Source: Macrostomum lignano (taxonomy: Eukaryota). From it: 64,000 nucleotides of DNA. Numbering within the stretch: position 1 is the first letter of the stretch; the number at the start of each line of letters is the position of its first letter. Shown piece after piece: positions 11,080-21,100 of this stretch. The notes beneath the pieces were generated by a model. The model ran no database searches, had not been told where the DNA came from, and was given only the letters and a program-made list of their open reading frames with translations. The DNA lies in contig NIVC01002217.1 of assembly GCA_002269645.1 (NCBI GenBank), positions 77,099-141,098 of the forward strand, given 5' to 3'. A program made the translations under genes and the position numbers.

Positions 11080-14000
11080 ATGGATCGCGATTCGTTCCCA
11101 TTCTACTGCGAGCTCTGCTCGGTGGGCATGATGACTCGGGAAGGCTACGAAGTGCACGTGCTTGGCAAGCGACACCAGGAGCGGATGCTGCCGCCGGATA
11201 AACGGCCAGGCGCCGTCTCCGCCGCATCCGGCTCCACTGAGGAGCCTGAACTGGTTAAGTCGGACTTTGTATTCCTGCATCGAATCGCCTGTCAGCTTAG
11301 AGAGCTGCTGGATCCGCTGGGATCGCGTGTGCTTAACTACGCGGAGCTGCCTGGCAACTGCTGTGTAGCCTTGTTTGACCAGTTGGACTCCAGCCAATGG
11401 GATGACACCTATCGTCACCTGTCCGCCCGCTCCACCGCCTGCCCTGTCTACATACAAAACGGCGTCTGCGGCAGTCGTCAGCCGGTTGACAAACGCCGTT
11501 TGAATTTCGTGTTTCTGTACAACCTACCAGACAATCTCACTCCCGCTGACGTATCCGACGGTGCCGCTGGCGGCCGCATTCCTGTCGACGATGTGCGCAT
11601 TGTTGAACGCCTGGGCGACGCCCGTGCCGCTTTTGTCCGAGTGCCGACTAACCCGGCCGATCGTACCGAAATCATCAACCGGCTGAGCTCCTCTTCAGAC
11701 GGCTTCTCCGTCTTTGAGCTGTGGGCTCCAGCTGAGTCGCTTCAGTCGCCTTCGTCGACTCCGCCGCCGGCGCCGCTACAACAGCATCTGCAGGCCCAGC
11801 CAGCCCAGCCAATGATGATTTTTAACCAAGTAGCTCAGGCGCATTATCCTCATCCGCTAGTAACATTTCAGCAGGCCCAATACTCTCATCCTGCGCAATA
11901 CATGCAGTATCCTGCCAGTGTGGCGCCCCCTATAGCGCCGCAGTCTTATTGGAACGCGCCACCAATGGCGGCGGTAATGCCACCCGGAATGTTTGGCCAT
12001 CAGTTTAACTATCCGCCGCCGCCGATAAGCTCAGGAATGATGCCGGGGCAGCAGTCATTCGATGCTGCTTACTCGGCCTCTATGGCGGCCTGGCAACAGC
12101 AACAGCAGCAGCAACAACAGCAGCAACAGCGAATGCTTATGCAGCAGCATCGCCAGCAAGCACCAAGACCAGCTTCGCTCTGGGTTGACTCTACACCCGA
12201 TCAGGATCGCGATCGTAATCGGCATCTAGGCCGACTCAACACCGGCGGCAGACGATCGCCGTCCAGATCACCCAGTAGATCGGGGCGTCAGTCTAACAAC
12301 GAGTCTAAATCGCCGAGCGGCTTGGAGCACCGCCGCTTTGGCAGATCCAGCTCCCGTAGCGATTCGCGGCGTCACCGACGCGATCGGGCCGATGATCGAT
12401 CAGCGTCCAAGGGTGACGAATCTCGACATCGACGCCACACGGAATCGCGGCGATCCCGACATGACAACCGGCGATCTGGGTCTCGGCAAAGCAATTCTCG
12501 TCATCGCCATAGCCGCCGGTCTCGCTCCAAAAGTTCATCATCGCGACATCGCAAACGCACCAGCGAGGCTGACAGATCAAAATCACCGAATAGTAGCTCT
12601 TTGCGGCGGCGAATCAGCGGGTCATCTTCGCGTCGCTCGGACGCAGCTACCGCGCCTGTCAAACGGTCGGCAGAGCAATCGAACGGTGCAGCAAGCACCG
12701 CAGCCCAGCTGCAGCCTGACCGGCAAAGGAAAACTGACAAGCAGTCAGACGACTCGAACTTGTATTTGTTGGGCTTGAAAATGATTCAGCAGACAGATTC
12801 GCTTCTCAGGCAGCCTGCTATTGGAAGCAGCAATTGTGTTTCTGCTGCCTCCTCTGCCATTTCAATATCATCAGATAGTTGGTATATTTCTAGTGGACTG
12901 GAGACGTACTATGTTATTTCAGGTTTTCCCAAAGAAACTGATTGCATTTGGTTAAGTAATCGTATTCAAGTTATATTTCAGGACTGTTATGCAAGTTGCT
13001 ATGCGGTAGTGCATCCGTCCACTGGTTCCAAAGCCGTTGTAGTGGCACCTTTGCCTGGCAAGTCTTTGTCAAAGTCTCGGTTGATGGATGTGGCACAATT
13101 TTTGGCCAGATCGGCTGCGAAAAAGTTGAAGTTATATTCGAATGACGAGAAATCGTTGACTGCAGACGAATTTCTAGACGACGAATTCGAGGTTGTTTGG
13201 GAGAAGGAGCTCCCAATTATTAAAGATAGTGATGCGACAGATTCTGACTCTGGGGGTATGCCGGATGCGGATGCTGAGTTCAGGGTAGAATCTGAAGCGG
13301 AGTCGACGGAGTCAAACGGACTGGGAGATGTCAGTACAACTCAATCTGCGATGAGCGATGTAAATTCTAAACATGTCGAAGAAGCTAAGGCAGAAATTAA
13401 TCCAGTCGAGTCAGCTGTAGAGAGCATGGAAACAACATCGGCTGAGTCAAATTCAGCAGCAGAGACGAAAACAATTGAATTGAATGCTATTGCTGTTGAA
13501 TCCGCTGATGAAGCGACCGTTAGAGATGCTGAAGCAGCAGGCCATTCTATTGAAGTCAGTTGCGTTGAGAACCTGAAAGCTGAAGTTAATGCGTTGATTG
13601 CAGCCGACCAGAATGCAGAACTCGCCGACTCGATGGAAACAGTGGAAGAGGCAGTGAGCACAGCGAATCCGAGTATGTCGGCAGATAATGTAGTAGACGC
13701 ACCCGGCAGAGATGTGACAACCGATCCAATTGGCGCTCTATTTGAGACAGTCATCGACGAAAAAACTTCTGCCAGCAACGTCTTTGACGAAGCTAACTTT
13801 TCTAAGGATGTGTCAGTGACCGACGCGAAGCCTAGTGTAGTTAACCATTCACTTGTTATTTCAAATGAAGCAGGTGCAAGTAAAAAGCCTGAGGCTTCTA
13901 ATCCTGTAGATCAGATCACCGAGTCTGTTGAAAAACCGGACAGAAACAAGACGGAGAAGGTTGAATCGAATAGCGATGGTCAGACAGTTGAGTCTATGCA

Positions 14001-14958
14001 ATTAGGTACTATTGATGTAGCAGCTACTGACAAAGCTATCGAAGGTGTTGAGGGAAAAATCGAGACTACTAGTGAAACACCGTCTGACACTAATGAGTCG
14101 GCTTCAGTCGACATCATAGTTCGAGAGGTAGCCGAAGCTCTTCTAGACGCTGTTGTTCGAACGGTTGAGTCCGGTTCAACTAATAAGCCCCATAATCCAA
14201 GCGAAGAGGCGGCGATGGAAGCCGAAAAGCTACCTACCTCTGCGACTACTCAAGCAGAGACTAGCGCTCAACCAACAGACAAGTCGGCTCATGATTCCGT
14301 TGTCGGTTCGTTGTGCCTACGCGAATACAGTACAGTCACGTGTCACGAGTTTGCTTCAAGCCTGCCAGACAGGTTTCTGTTCTGGCCTACCAGACAACAG
14401 GCGCCTTTCTTATTAATTTGGAATCTGCCGACTCAACTGCCACTATCCCAGCTGATCGGCTCCCTACGCGAAATGATTCCTCGGCTGCGCAGCGTCCACG
14501 TGCCACGCGACCCGTTGCAGCCCGAGCTTAACTGCGGCTATTGCGTCATCCGCTTTCAATGCGATGCCGAGGATGCTTTCGGCCGCTGTCTAGGCGCCAG
14601 AGACAAGGTTCGAACATTTGCTCGAGAAAATCGACAACTTCGTGGCAATAAAGCCTGGCAAACTAAATTACGCGCTATACCAGCCCAGATGCGCGAGATT
14701 TGCCATGTGCCGCCGTTCAGTTTCCCCTGTCATAATCTGATTTCCTGGGTAGCCTCAGTTGAACCGAGCACTGAACGGTGCGTCATTGACAGATCGCCAT
14801 TCGCCTGTCCCTGTCACCCGGTATGCGAGGAGCTGGCGCCAGATAGCCAAAAATTTGTGCAGTTCGCCGAACTAGTGCAGCAGGCCAGGGCCGCCTACCC
14901 GGTTGACACTGTGCGCGCTAATCTGCGCTCCTATCTGGATTCGGTCATGTTTCGTTGA
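11080..14958 (+). CDS. Intronless 1292-aa putative nuclear RNA-binding protein: U1/matrin-type C2H2 finger, RRM-like domains, P/Q-rich, RS-rich and acidic regions, C-terminal RRM + Cys/His module
   Basis: Uninterrupted 3.9-kb ORF. CELC-x12-HVLGKRH matrin/U1-type finger. RNP2-like FVFLYNLP and FLLIWNLP. Poly-Q and RSPSRSPSR/RHRRSRSKS low-complexity tract. AATAAA at ~14998 after the stop. Confidence 0.88.
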   Translation: MDRDSFPFYCELCSVGMMTREGYEVHVLGKRHQERMLPPDKRPGAVSAASGSTEEPELVKSDFVFLHRIACQLRELLDPLGSRVLNYAELPGNCCVALFDQLDSSQWDDTYRHLSARSTACPVYIQNGVCGSRQPVDKRRLNFVFLYNLPDNLTPADVSDGAAGGRIPVDDVRIVERLGDARAAFVRVPTNPADRTEIINRLSSSSDGFSVFELWAPAESLQSPSSTPPPAPLQQHLQAQPAQPMMIFNQVAQAHYPHPLVTFQQAQYSHPAQYMQYPASVAPPIAPQSYWNAPPMAAVMPPGMFGHQFNYPPPPISSGMMPGQQSFDAAYSASMAAWQQQQQQQQQQQQRMLMQQHRQQAPRPASLWVDSTPDQDRDRNRHLGRLNTGGRRSPSRSPSRSGRQSNNESKSPSGLEHRRFGRSSSRSDSRRHRRDRADDRSASKGDESRHRRHTESRRSRHDNRRSGSRQSNSRHRHSRRSRSKSSSSRHRKRTSEADRSKSPNSSSLRRRISGSSSRRSDAATAPVKRSAEQSNGAASTAAQLQPDRQRKTDKQSDDSNLYLLGLKMIQQTDSLLRQPAIGSSNCVSAASSAISISSDSWYISSGLETYYVISGFPKETDCIWLSNRIQVIFQDCYASCYAVVHPSTGSKAVVVAPLPGKSLSKSRLMDVAQFLARSAAKKLKLYSNDEKSLTADEFLDDEFEVVWEKELPIIKDSDATDSDSGGMPDADAEFRVESEAESTESNGLGDVSTTQSAMSDVNSKHVEEAKAEINPVESAVESMETTSAESNSAAETKTIELNAIAVESADEATVRDAEAAGHSIEVSCVENLKAEVNALIAADQNAELADSMETVEEAVSTANPSMSADNVVDAPGRDVTTDPIGALFETVIDEKTSASNVFDEANFSKDVSVTDAKPSVVNHSLVISNEAGASKKPEASNPVDQITESVEKPDRNKTEKVESNSDGQTVESMQLGTIDVAATDKAIEGVEGKIETTSETPSDTNESASVDIIVREVAEALLDAVVRTVESGSTNKPHNPSEEAAMEAEKLPTSATTQAETSAQPTDKSAHDSVVGSLCLREYSTVTCHEFASSLPDRFLFWPTRQQAPFLLIWNLPTQLPLSQLIGSLREMIPRLRSVHVPRDPLQPELNCGYCVIRFQCDAEDAFGRCLGARDKVRTFARENRQLRGNKAWQTKLRAIPAQMREICHVPPFSFPCHNLISWVASVEPSTERCVIDRSPFACPCHPVCEELAPDSQKFVQFAELVQQARAAYPVDTVRANLRSYLDSVMFR

Positions 14959-15589
14959 CGGCATTTCTATTTTCATTCGTTTTTTAAACGCGCTTCTAAT
15001 AAACTGGTACGAGTAAGATGATAAAACGGTAAATACAACCGCTAAAAAAGAATGCAAGACTTGTCAACTCGATATTGTTTCACAAATATCTGCTTGAACT
15101 AAAACGTTTTTTTCATAGTTTTTCACTACTACTGGTACCAAGAGAAGAATTCCCTCTGAAGCAATTTTTTTCCTGCGCCCTAAATGTAAAATTCCAGAAC
15201 ACCAGCGAATCGTGTAGAAATACCACAATGTAAAAATGTTTTACGTATTGTACGTAGTTATTGAAAGTCTGTTGGGCCTACAATGGACAAGAGAACTCGT
15301 AGTCACATAGGCGACTATAGCGCTAGGCATTTCTGATATTTTATTGAACTGGGAAACTTAATTTCTTGAAGGAATGGTTGAATATCTTCTTAAAACGGTG
15401 CCTTGGTTGGCTTGTTAAATAATCTCAGACCACAGATTCTAGAATAACTTGATGAGCCACTCAGCACATTTGCGCGTAAGCTACTTTCAGTTCAGTAGTA
15501 GTATGCCAAAGGCTAATTTATTGGCCCTTACCCCCAGGCTTCAACCCTCCAACCGCGACTTTTCCACACTACCCCCGCCTCGCCCCGCC

Positions 15590-15890
15590 TCAATTGTTAT
15601 TGCCTTTCTCGGAATTCCGGCCTAAAGCTGCTATGCACATTTCAGTGGACTGGCAAATGTTAAATGTACATTATTTCTGATCCAATTAGCAAGTTGTTTA
15701 CGCCTGCAAGCTTGGGCTTCTAAACTTATCAAAGCCCCCCCCCCTGCCCCGCCCTAATTTTTATTGCCTTTCAGTATTCCAGCCTAAAGCTGCTATGTAC
15801 ATTTCAGTGGACTGGCCAACGTACATTATTGCTGAACCAATTAGATAGTTGTTTACGCCTGCAAGGTTGGGCTTCTTAACTTATCAAAGT
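15590..15890. repeat. Diverged ~162-bp tandem duplication
   Basis: GCCTAAAGCTGCTATG..CATTTCAGTGGACTGGC at 15620 and 15782, both followed by GTTGTTTACGCCTGCAAG..TGGGCTTC. Confidence 0.8.
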
Positions 15891-17204
15891 CATCTTAGCT
15901 GCCTTTATTTTTATAAAATAGCTCATGTATTCTTATTTGCTACTTAACTGAAAGTAGACAGCTGTTTTACTAAGTATATATGTCTGAGTGGCCCATCTAG
16001 TTATTTTAGTATCTGTGTTTCAGACTAAAAATAGCCAGGGAACTTCCTACTGGTAAAGATAGATATGTGCGCGTCCGATTCGACGAGAATAGAGTTGCCA
16101 AAGGCGATATTTTTGCCAATCAGTAAACATTCATTCGAATTCCGTTTCAAATTATATACTACTGAAGCACTGAATGTTTAACGCATATTGTTATACTCCA
16201 TATTGCTCTTACTCGTAAACTATTCATTATTTTGATTGTTTAACTATCCGCTAGCTTTCAATTTGCTTAGTAAACACAAGTAATAATAGCGAGGAGGACA
16301 ATGTGAATTAATGAAAGTTTTCGTTACGAAAGTTTAGCGCTAAGTTCACTTTAATCTTTCAACATATTGTGCAAGCTTTAAATACTCTTACGAGTCGAAA
16401 TGCGCTGGCTAGTGTATTTGTTGCATCATATTTTTGTATTGTATGATTATGCATTGCGTATTGTAATTGTAGTAACATCATATTTTGCTTTATCAGATAT
16501 TGTAACGCTGTAATCTTTGCGTTCACAATACATGCAGGCAACTGTTGTTAAATGAATGTTTGCGTTATATATAGTTGGAATTTTCGTAATATTATGCTAG
16601 CAATGTGTTCGAGTTCATTGTTTTCATATAGCGTTCTTTTTTATTTTAATGTGTTTTTAAGTTTTCGTATGTGAAAGACTAACAAAAAAAGACTTTGCTA
16701 GTTAGCAGCAGGGCTTTGAAGCTCTTAACTCGGTTAGCTTAAGTCTTGCATCAGCTATAGAGACTATACACAATATACTTCTACATTCTGCGCCAACTAA
16801 AATATATAATAGATACAATCTCAGCATCGTAGAATCTTTACAAGTACAATATATAATAATCTGCACATTGTATCTTGGAATCTGACCATTATAGAATCTG
16901 CACATTGTATCTTGGAATCTGACCATTATAGAATGTGATCATTGTAGAATCCGAATATTATAGAATCTGCACATTGTAGAATCTGAATATTATATAAAAT
17001 ATAATCTCACATTGTAGAACCAAGGACAACTTAAGTGGTAGGACGCAACACTCGAGTATCGTATAATTCAGTTGTCCTTGTGTAGAACCTGCACATTATA
17101 TCTTGGAATCCGAACATTATAGAATCTGTACATTGTGGAATCTGTACACGATAGAATCTGCACATTATAGAAACTGCACATTACGCTCGTATAGACTCCA
17201 CACG

Positions 17205-17958
17205 GAATCTGCACATTATAATGTAGATTCCCCATACAATATAATCTGCACATTATAATGTAGATTCCCCATACAATATAATCTGCACATTATAATGTAG
17301 ATTCCCCATACAATATAATCTGCACATTATAATGTAGATTCCCCATACAATATAATCTGCACATTATAATGTAGATTCCCCATACAATATAATCTGCACA
17401 TTATAATGTAGATTCCCCATACAATATAATCTGCACATTATAATGTAGATTCCCCATACAATATAATCTGCACATTATAATGTAGATTCCCCATACAATA
17501 TAATCTGCACATTATAATGTAGATTCCCCATACAATATAATCTGCACATTATAATGTAGATTCCCCATACAATATAATCTGCACATTATAATGTAGATTC
17601 CCCATACAATATAATCTGCACATTATAATGTAGATTCCCCATACAATATAATCTGCACATTATAATGTAGATTCCCCATACAATATAATCTGCACATTAT
17701 AATGTAGATTCCCCATACAATATAATCTGCACATTATAATGTAGATTCCCCATACAATATAATCTGCACATTATAATGTAGATTCCCCATACAATATAAT
17801 CTGCACATTATAATGTAGATTCCCCATACAATATAATCTGCACATTATAATGTAGATTCCCCATACAATATAATCTGCACATTATAATGTAGATTCCCCA
17901 TACAATATAATCTGCACATTATAATGTAGATTCCCCATACAATATAATCTGCACATTG
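17205..17958. repeat. 37-bp minisatellite (~20 near-identical copies), with degenerate related units from ~16800
   Basis: Unit TATAATGTAGATTCCCCATACAATATAATCTGCACAT, period 37. Junctions form the palindrome ACATTATAATGT. Confidence 0.97.
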
Positions 17959-18198
17959 TTGAAGCTACACGAAACAAAATTTTGAGCTGGAAATTTCTCA
18001 GAGGCATAAAATTGCAATAGCCTAGCCGTGTGTATGACCTTTGACGATACAAGTTTCGAGTTGAGCTGGGTGCTTGATATCATGCTGACCGTCTATTATT
18101 CCAGCTCAAAGATCGCATAGCGACAGACAGTGGCCCTGCTTCGCTGACAAACTTTCGAATAAAGAGATTTACTATAACCATATATCAATCGGACCCTA

Positions 18199-21100
18199 AT
18201 GCTTGCCGACAGCAATAACAATAAGAAGGCGGATGAGTCGGATAGCACTCAAGCCCAGCCTGCTCCAACTGTGGACTCCAACAGCAATAGCAGTAGCGAT
18301 TCTGAACAGCTGCTACTCCTATCTGATTTCGTGCTGCTTCCTCCCGATATCCCGGATGCCAAGAGTAGCAAGGCAGTTGCCGCCGATGCCAATCATAGGC
18401 AGTACGTGAGGTACTCGGCCAGCCTGGGCGATCGCACGGTACTGCTATTCGATGCCGTGCCAACAGACCAGTGGCCGGCTGTGCTACACCAGCTCGGACC
18501 GGGCGCCTGTCCGCTCTATTTCAGCATTGGTGACAATCAGCAGCAGCCGGCCGAAGCCCTGTCGGATGTCAGCCTGATGCTGGCCGAATGGAACGATCCG
18601 GACGCTATGCGACTAGGCGAAGACTGTTGGCCAGCCGATCAGCTTGTTGATTTTGCGCCCCTGCCGGCGCCTACGCAGTTAACCGACGCGCCAGCGGACG
18701 CCATGAGTGATGAAGCTGCTGTTGAAGCGCCGGCCACCGCGCTGGCTCTGCTGAAGCCGGGCACCGATCGGGCTAAGCTGACTAGCCGGCTAGCCAATGC
18801 CGGGGCTCGAACTCACAACCTGTGGCCAGTGCCGGTGTCGGCCGCGCTTCGATTAGACAGTCGGCTGAATGGGCAGCGACGGCGGCGCCCTCTTGACGAC
18901 AACATTGGCGACGCCAATGATGAAGCTTTTGCGCCAGACCCTGTCGGCGAGGCCGAGTCAGAGAGCAAGCGGCCTCGCCTATCGATAGATGCTAATCAAC
19001 CTCTATGGCAGGTGCAGCCGGGAAAGGTAACCTCCGGAAGCATCCCGCAGGTTTCATCTCCTCCTCCCGCAGGTTTCATCTCCTCCTCCCGAAGGTTTCA
19101 GCTCCCCTCCTTGGGTCTCATCTCCCCCTCCTTAGGGTTACATCTTTCCCTTCCTTGGGGTTTCATCTCTTCTCCTTCCTTGTGCGTTTCATCTCTCCCC
19201 TCCTTAGGTCTCATCTCCTCCTCCTTAGGGTTACATCTCTCCCTTCCTTGGGGTTTCATCTCTCCGCTCCTTGGGGTTTCATCTCTCCCCTCCTTGGGGT
19301 TTCATCTCTTCTCCTTCCTTGTGCGTTTCATCTCTCCCCTCCTTGGGGTTTCATCTCCCCCTCCTTGGGGTTTCATCTCTCCGCTCCTTGGGGTTTCATC
19401 TCTCCCCTCCTTGGGGTTTCATCTCTCCCCTCCTTGGGGTTTCATCTCTTCTCCTTCCTTGTGCGTTTCATCTCTCCCCTCCTTAGGTCTCATCTCCTCC
19501 TCCTTAGGGTTACATCTCTCCCTTCCTTGGGGTTTCATCTCCCCCTCCTTGGGGTTTCATCTCCCCCTCCTTGGGGTTTCATCTCTCCCCTCCTTGGGGT
19601 TTCATCTCTCCCCTCCTTGGGGTTTCATCTCTCCCCTCCTTGGGGTTTTATCTCTTCTCCTTCCTTGTGCGTTTCATCTCTCCCCTCCTTGGGGTTTCAT
19701 CTCCCCCTCCTTGGGGTTTCATCTCTCCGCTCCTTGAGGTTTCATCTCTCCCCTCCTTGGGGTTTCATCTCCCCCTCCTTGGGGTTTCATCTCTCCCCTC
19801 CTTGGGGTTTCATCTCCCCCTCCTTGGGGTTTCATCTCTCCCCTCCTTGGGGTTTCATCTCCCCCTCCTTGGGGTTTCATCTCTCCCCTCCTTGGGGTTT
19901 CATCTCCCCCTCCTTGGGGTTTCATCTCTCCCCTCCTTGGGGTTTCATCTCCCCCTCCTTGGGGTTTCATCTCTCCCCTCCTTGGGGTTTCATCTCTCCC
20001 CTCCTTGGGGTTTCATCTCCCCCTCCTTGGGGTTTCATCTCTCCCCTTTGAGTTTCATTTTTTCCTTCCCTGAGAGGTTTTGTCTCTTCCCTCCCGTAGC
20101 TTTCATCTCTTCCTTATGGCTCTATTCTACTCTTCCTTCCGAAAATCGCCTCCAACCTCTAAAAAGTCAAGCACTCATAAGCACGAATTGTTTCAATCAT
20201 TTCCATACAGCAGGCCTATCTGCGCATCACCGGCCTGAGACGTAGCGCCGATCCCGTGCAGCTAACGGACCTCACTATGCACCAGCTGGCCGGCCTGGCT
20301 CTCACCGGCTATTCATTCTATCCGCCCGGGCCAGCGGACTGCGGCAAAGCTGTACTATGCACTTTTAAACCCGATGTGCCGGTCAGTTCCATAGAATCAG
20401 CGGCTGACGATCTGGTTCGCATGTTTGAACGGCAGGGCCTGCAGGATTCCGAGCGGCGCCCGGTGACTGCCAGTGTTGTCCTGCCCGACAGTGTCGGTGC
20501 CAGTAGTCCGGCCAATCGCATGCCGGATAGCTTTGGCGACAGTTTTGTCTTGTTGCAAAAGGAGACGGCTGCCGATCCTGTGGGTTTGGGTTTGGGTTAG
20601 GGTTCGGGTTAAGGTTTGGGTTAAGGTTTGGGTTTGGGTTAGCGTTTAGGTTTGGGTTTTGGTTTGGGTTTGGGTTAGGGTTAGGGTTTGGGTTAGGGTT
20701 TAGGTTTGGGTTTGGGTTTGGGTTTGGGTTAGGGTTTAGGTTTGGGTTTGGGTTTGGGTTTGGGTTAAGTTTAGGGTTTGGGTTTGGGTTAAGTTTAGGG
20801 TTTGGGTTTGGGTTAGCGTTTAGGTTTGGGTTTTGGTTTGGGTTTGGGTTTGGTTTTGGGTTAAGGTTAGGGTTTGGGTTTGGGTTAGGGTTTGGGTTAG
20901 GGTTCGGGTTAGGGTTTAGGTTTGGGTTTTGGTTAGGGTTTAGGTTTGGGTTTTGGTTTGGGTTTGGGTTAGGGTTCGGGTTCGGGTTTAGGTTTGGGTT
21001 TTGGTTAGGGTTTAGGTTTGGGTTTTGGTTTGGGTTTGGGTTTGGGTTAGCGTTTAGGTTTGAGTTTTGGTTTGGGTTCGGGTTAGGGTTTAGGTTTGGG

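Noticed and set aside
18199-20245. 512-aa ORF and overlapping PWGFISP ORFs taken at face value
   Set aside because: The coding exon ends at the AAG|GTAACC donor (19026); the rest is translated intronic satellite.
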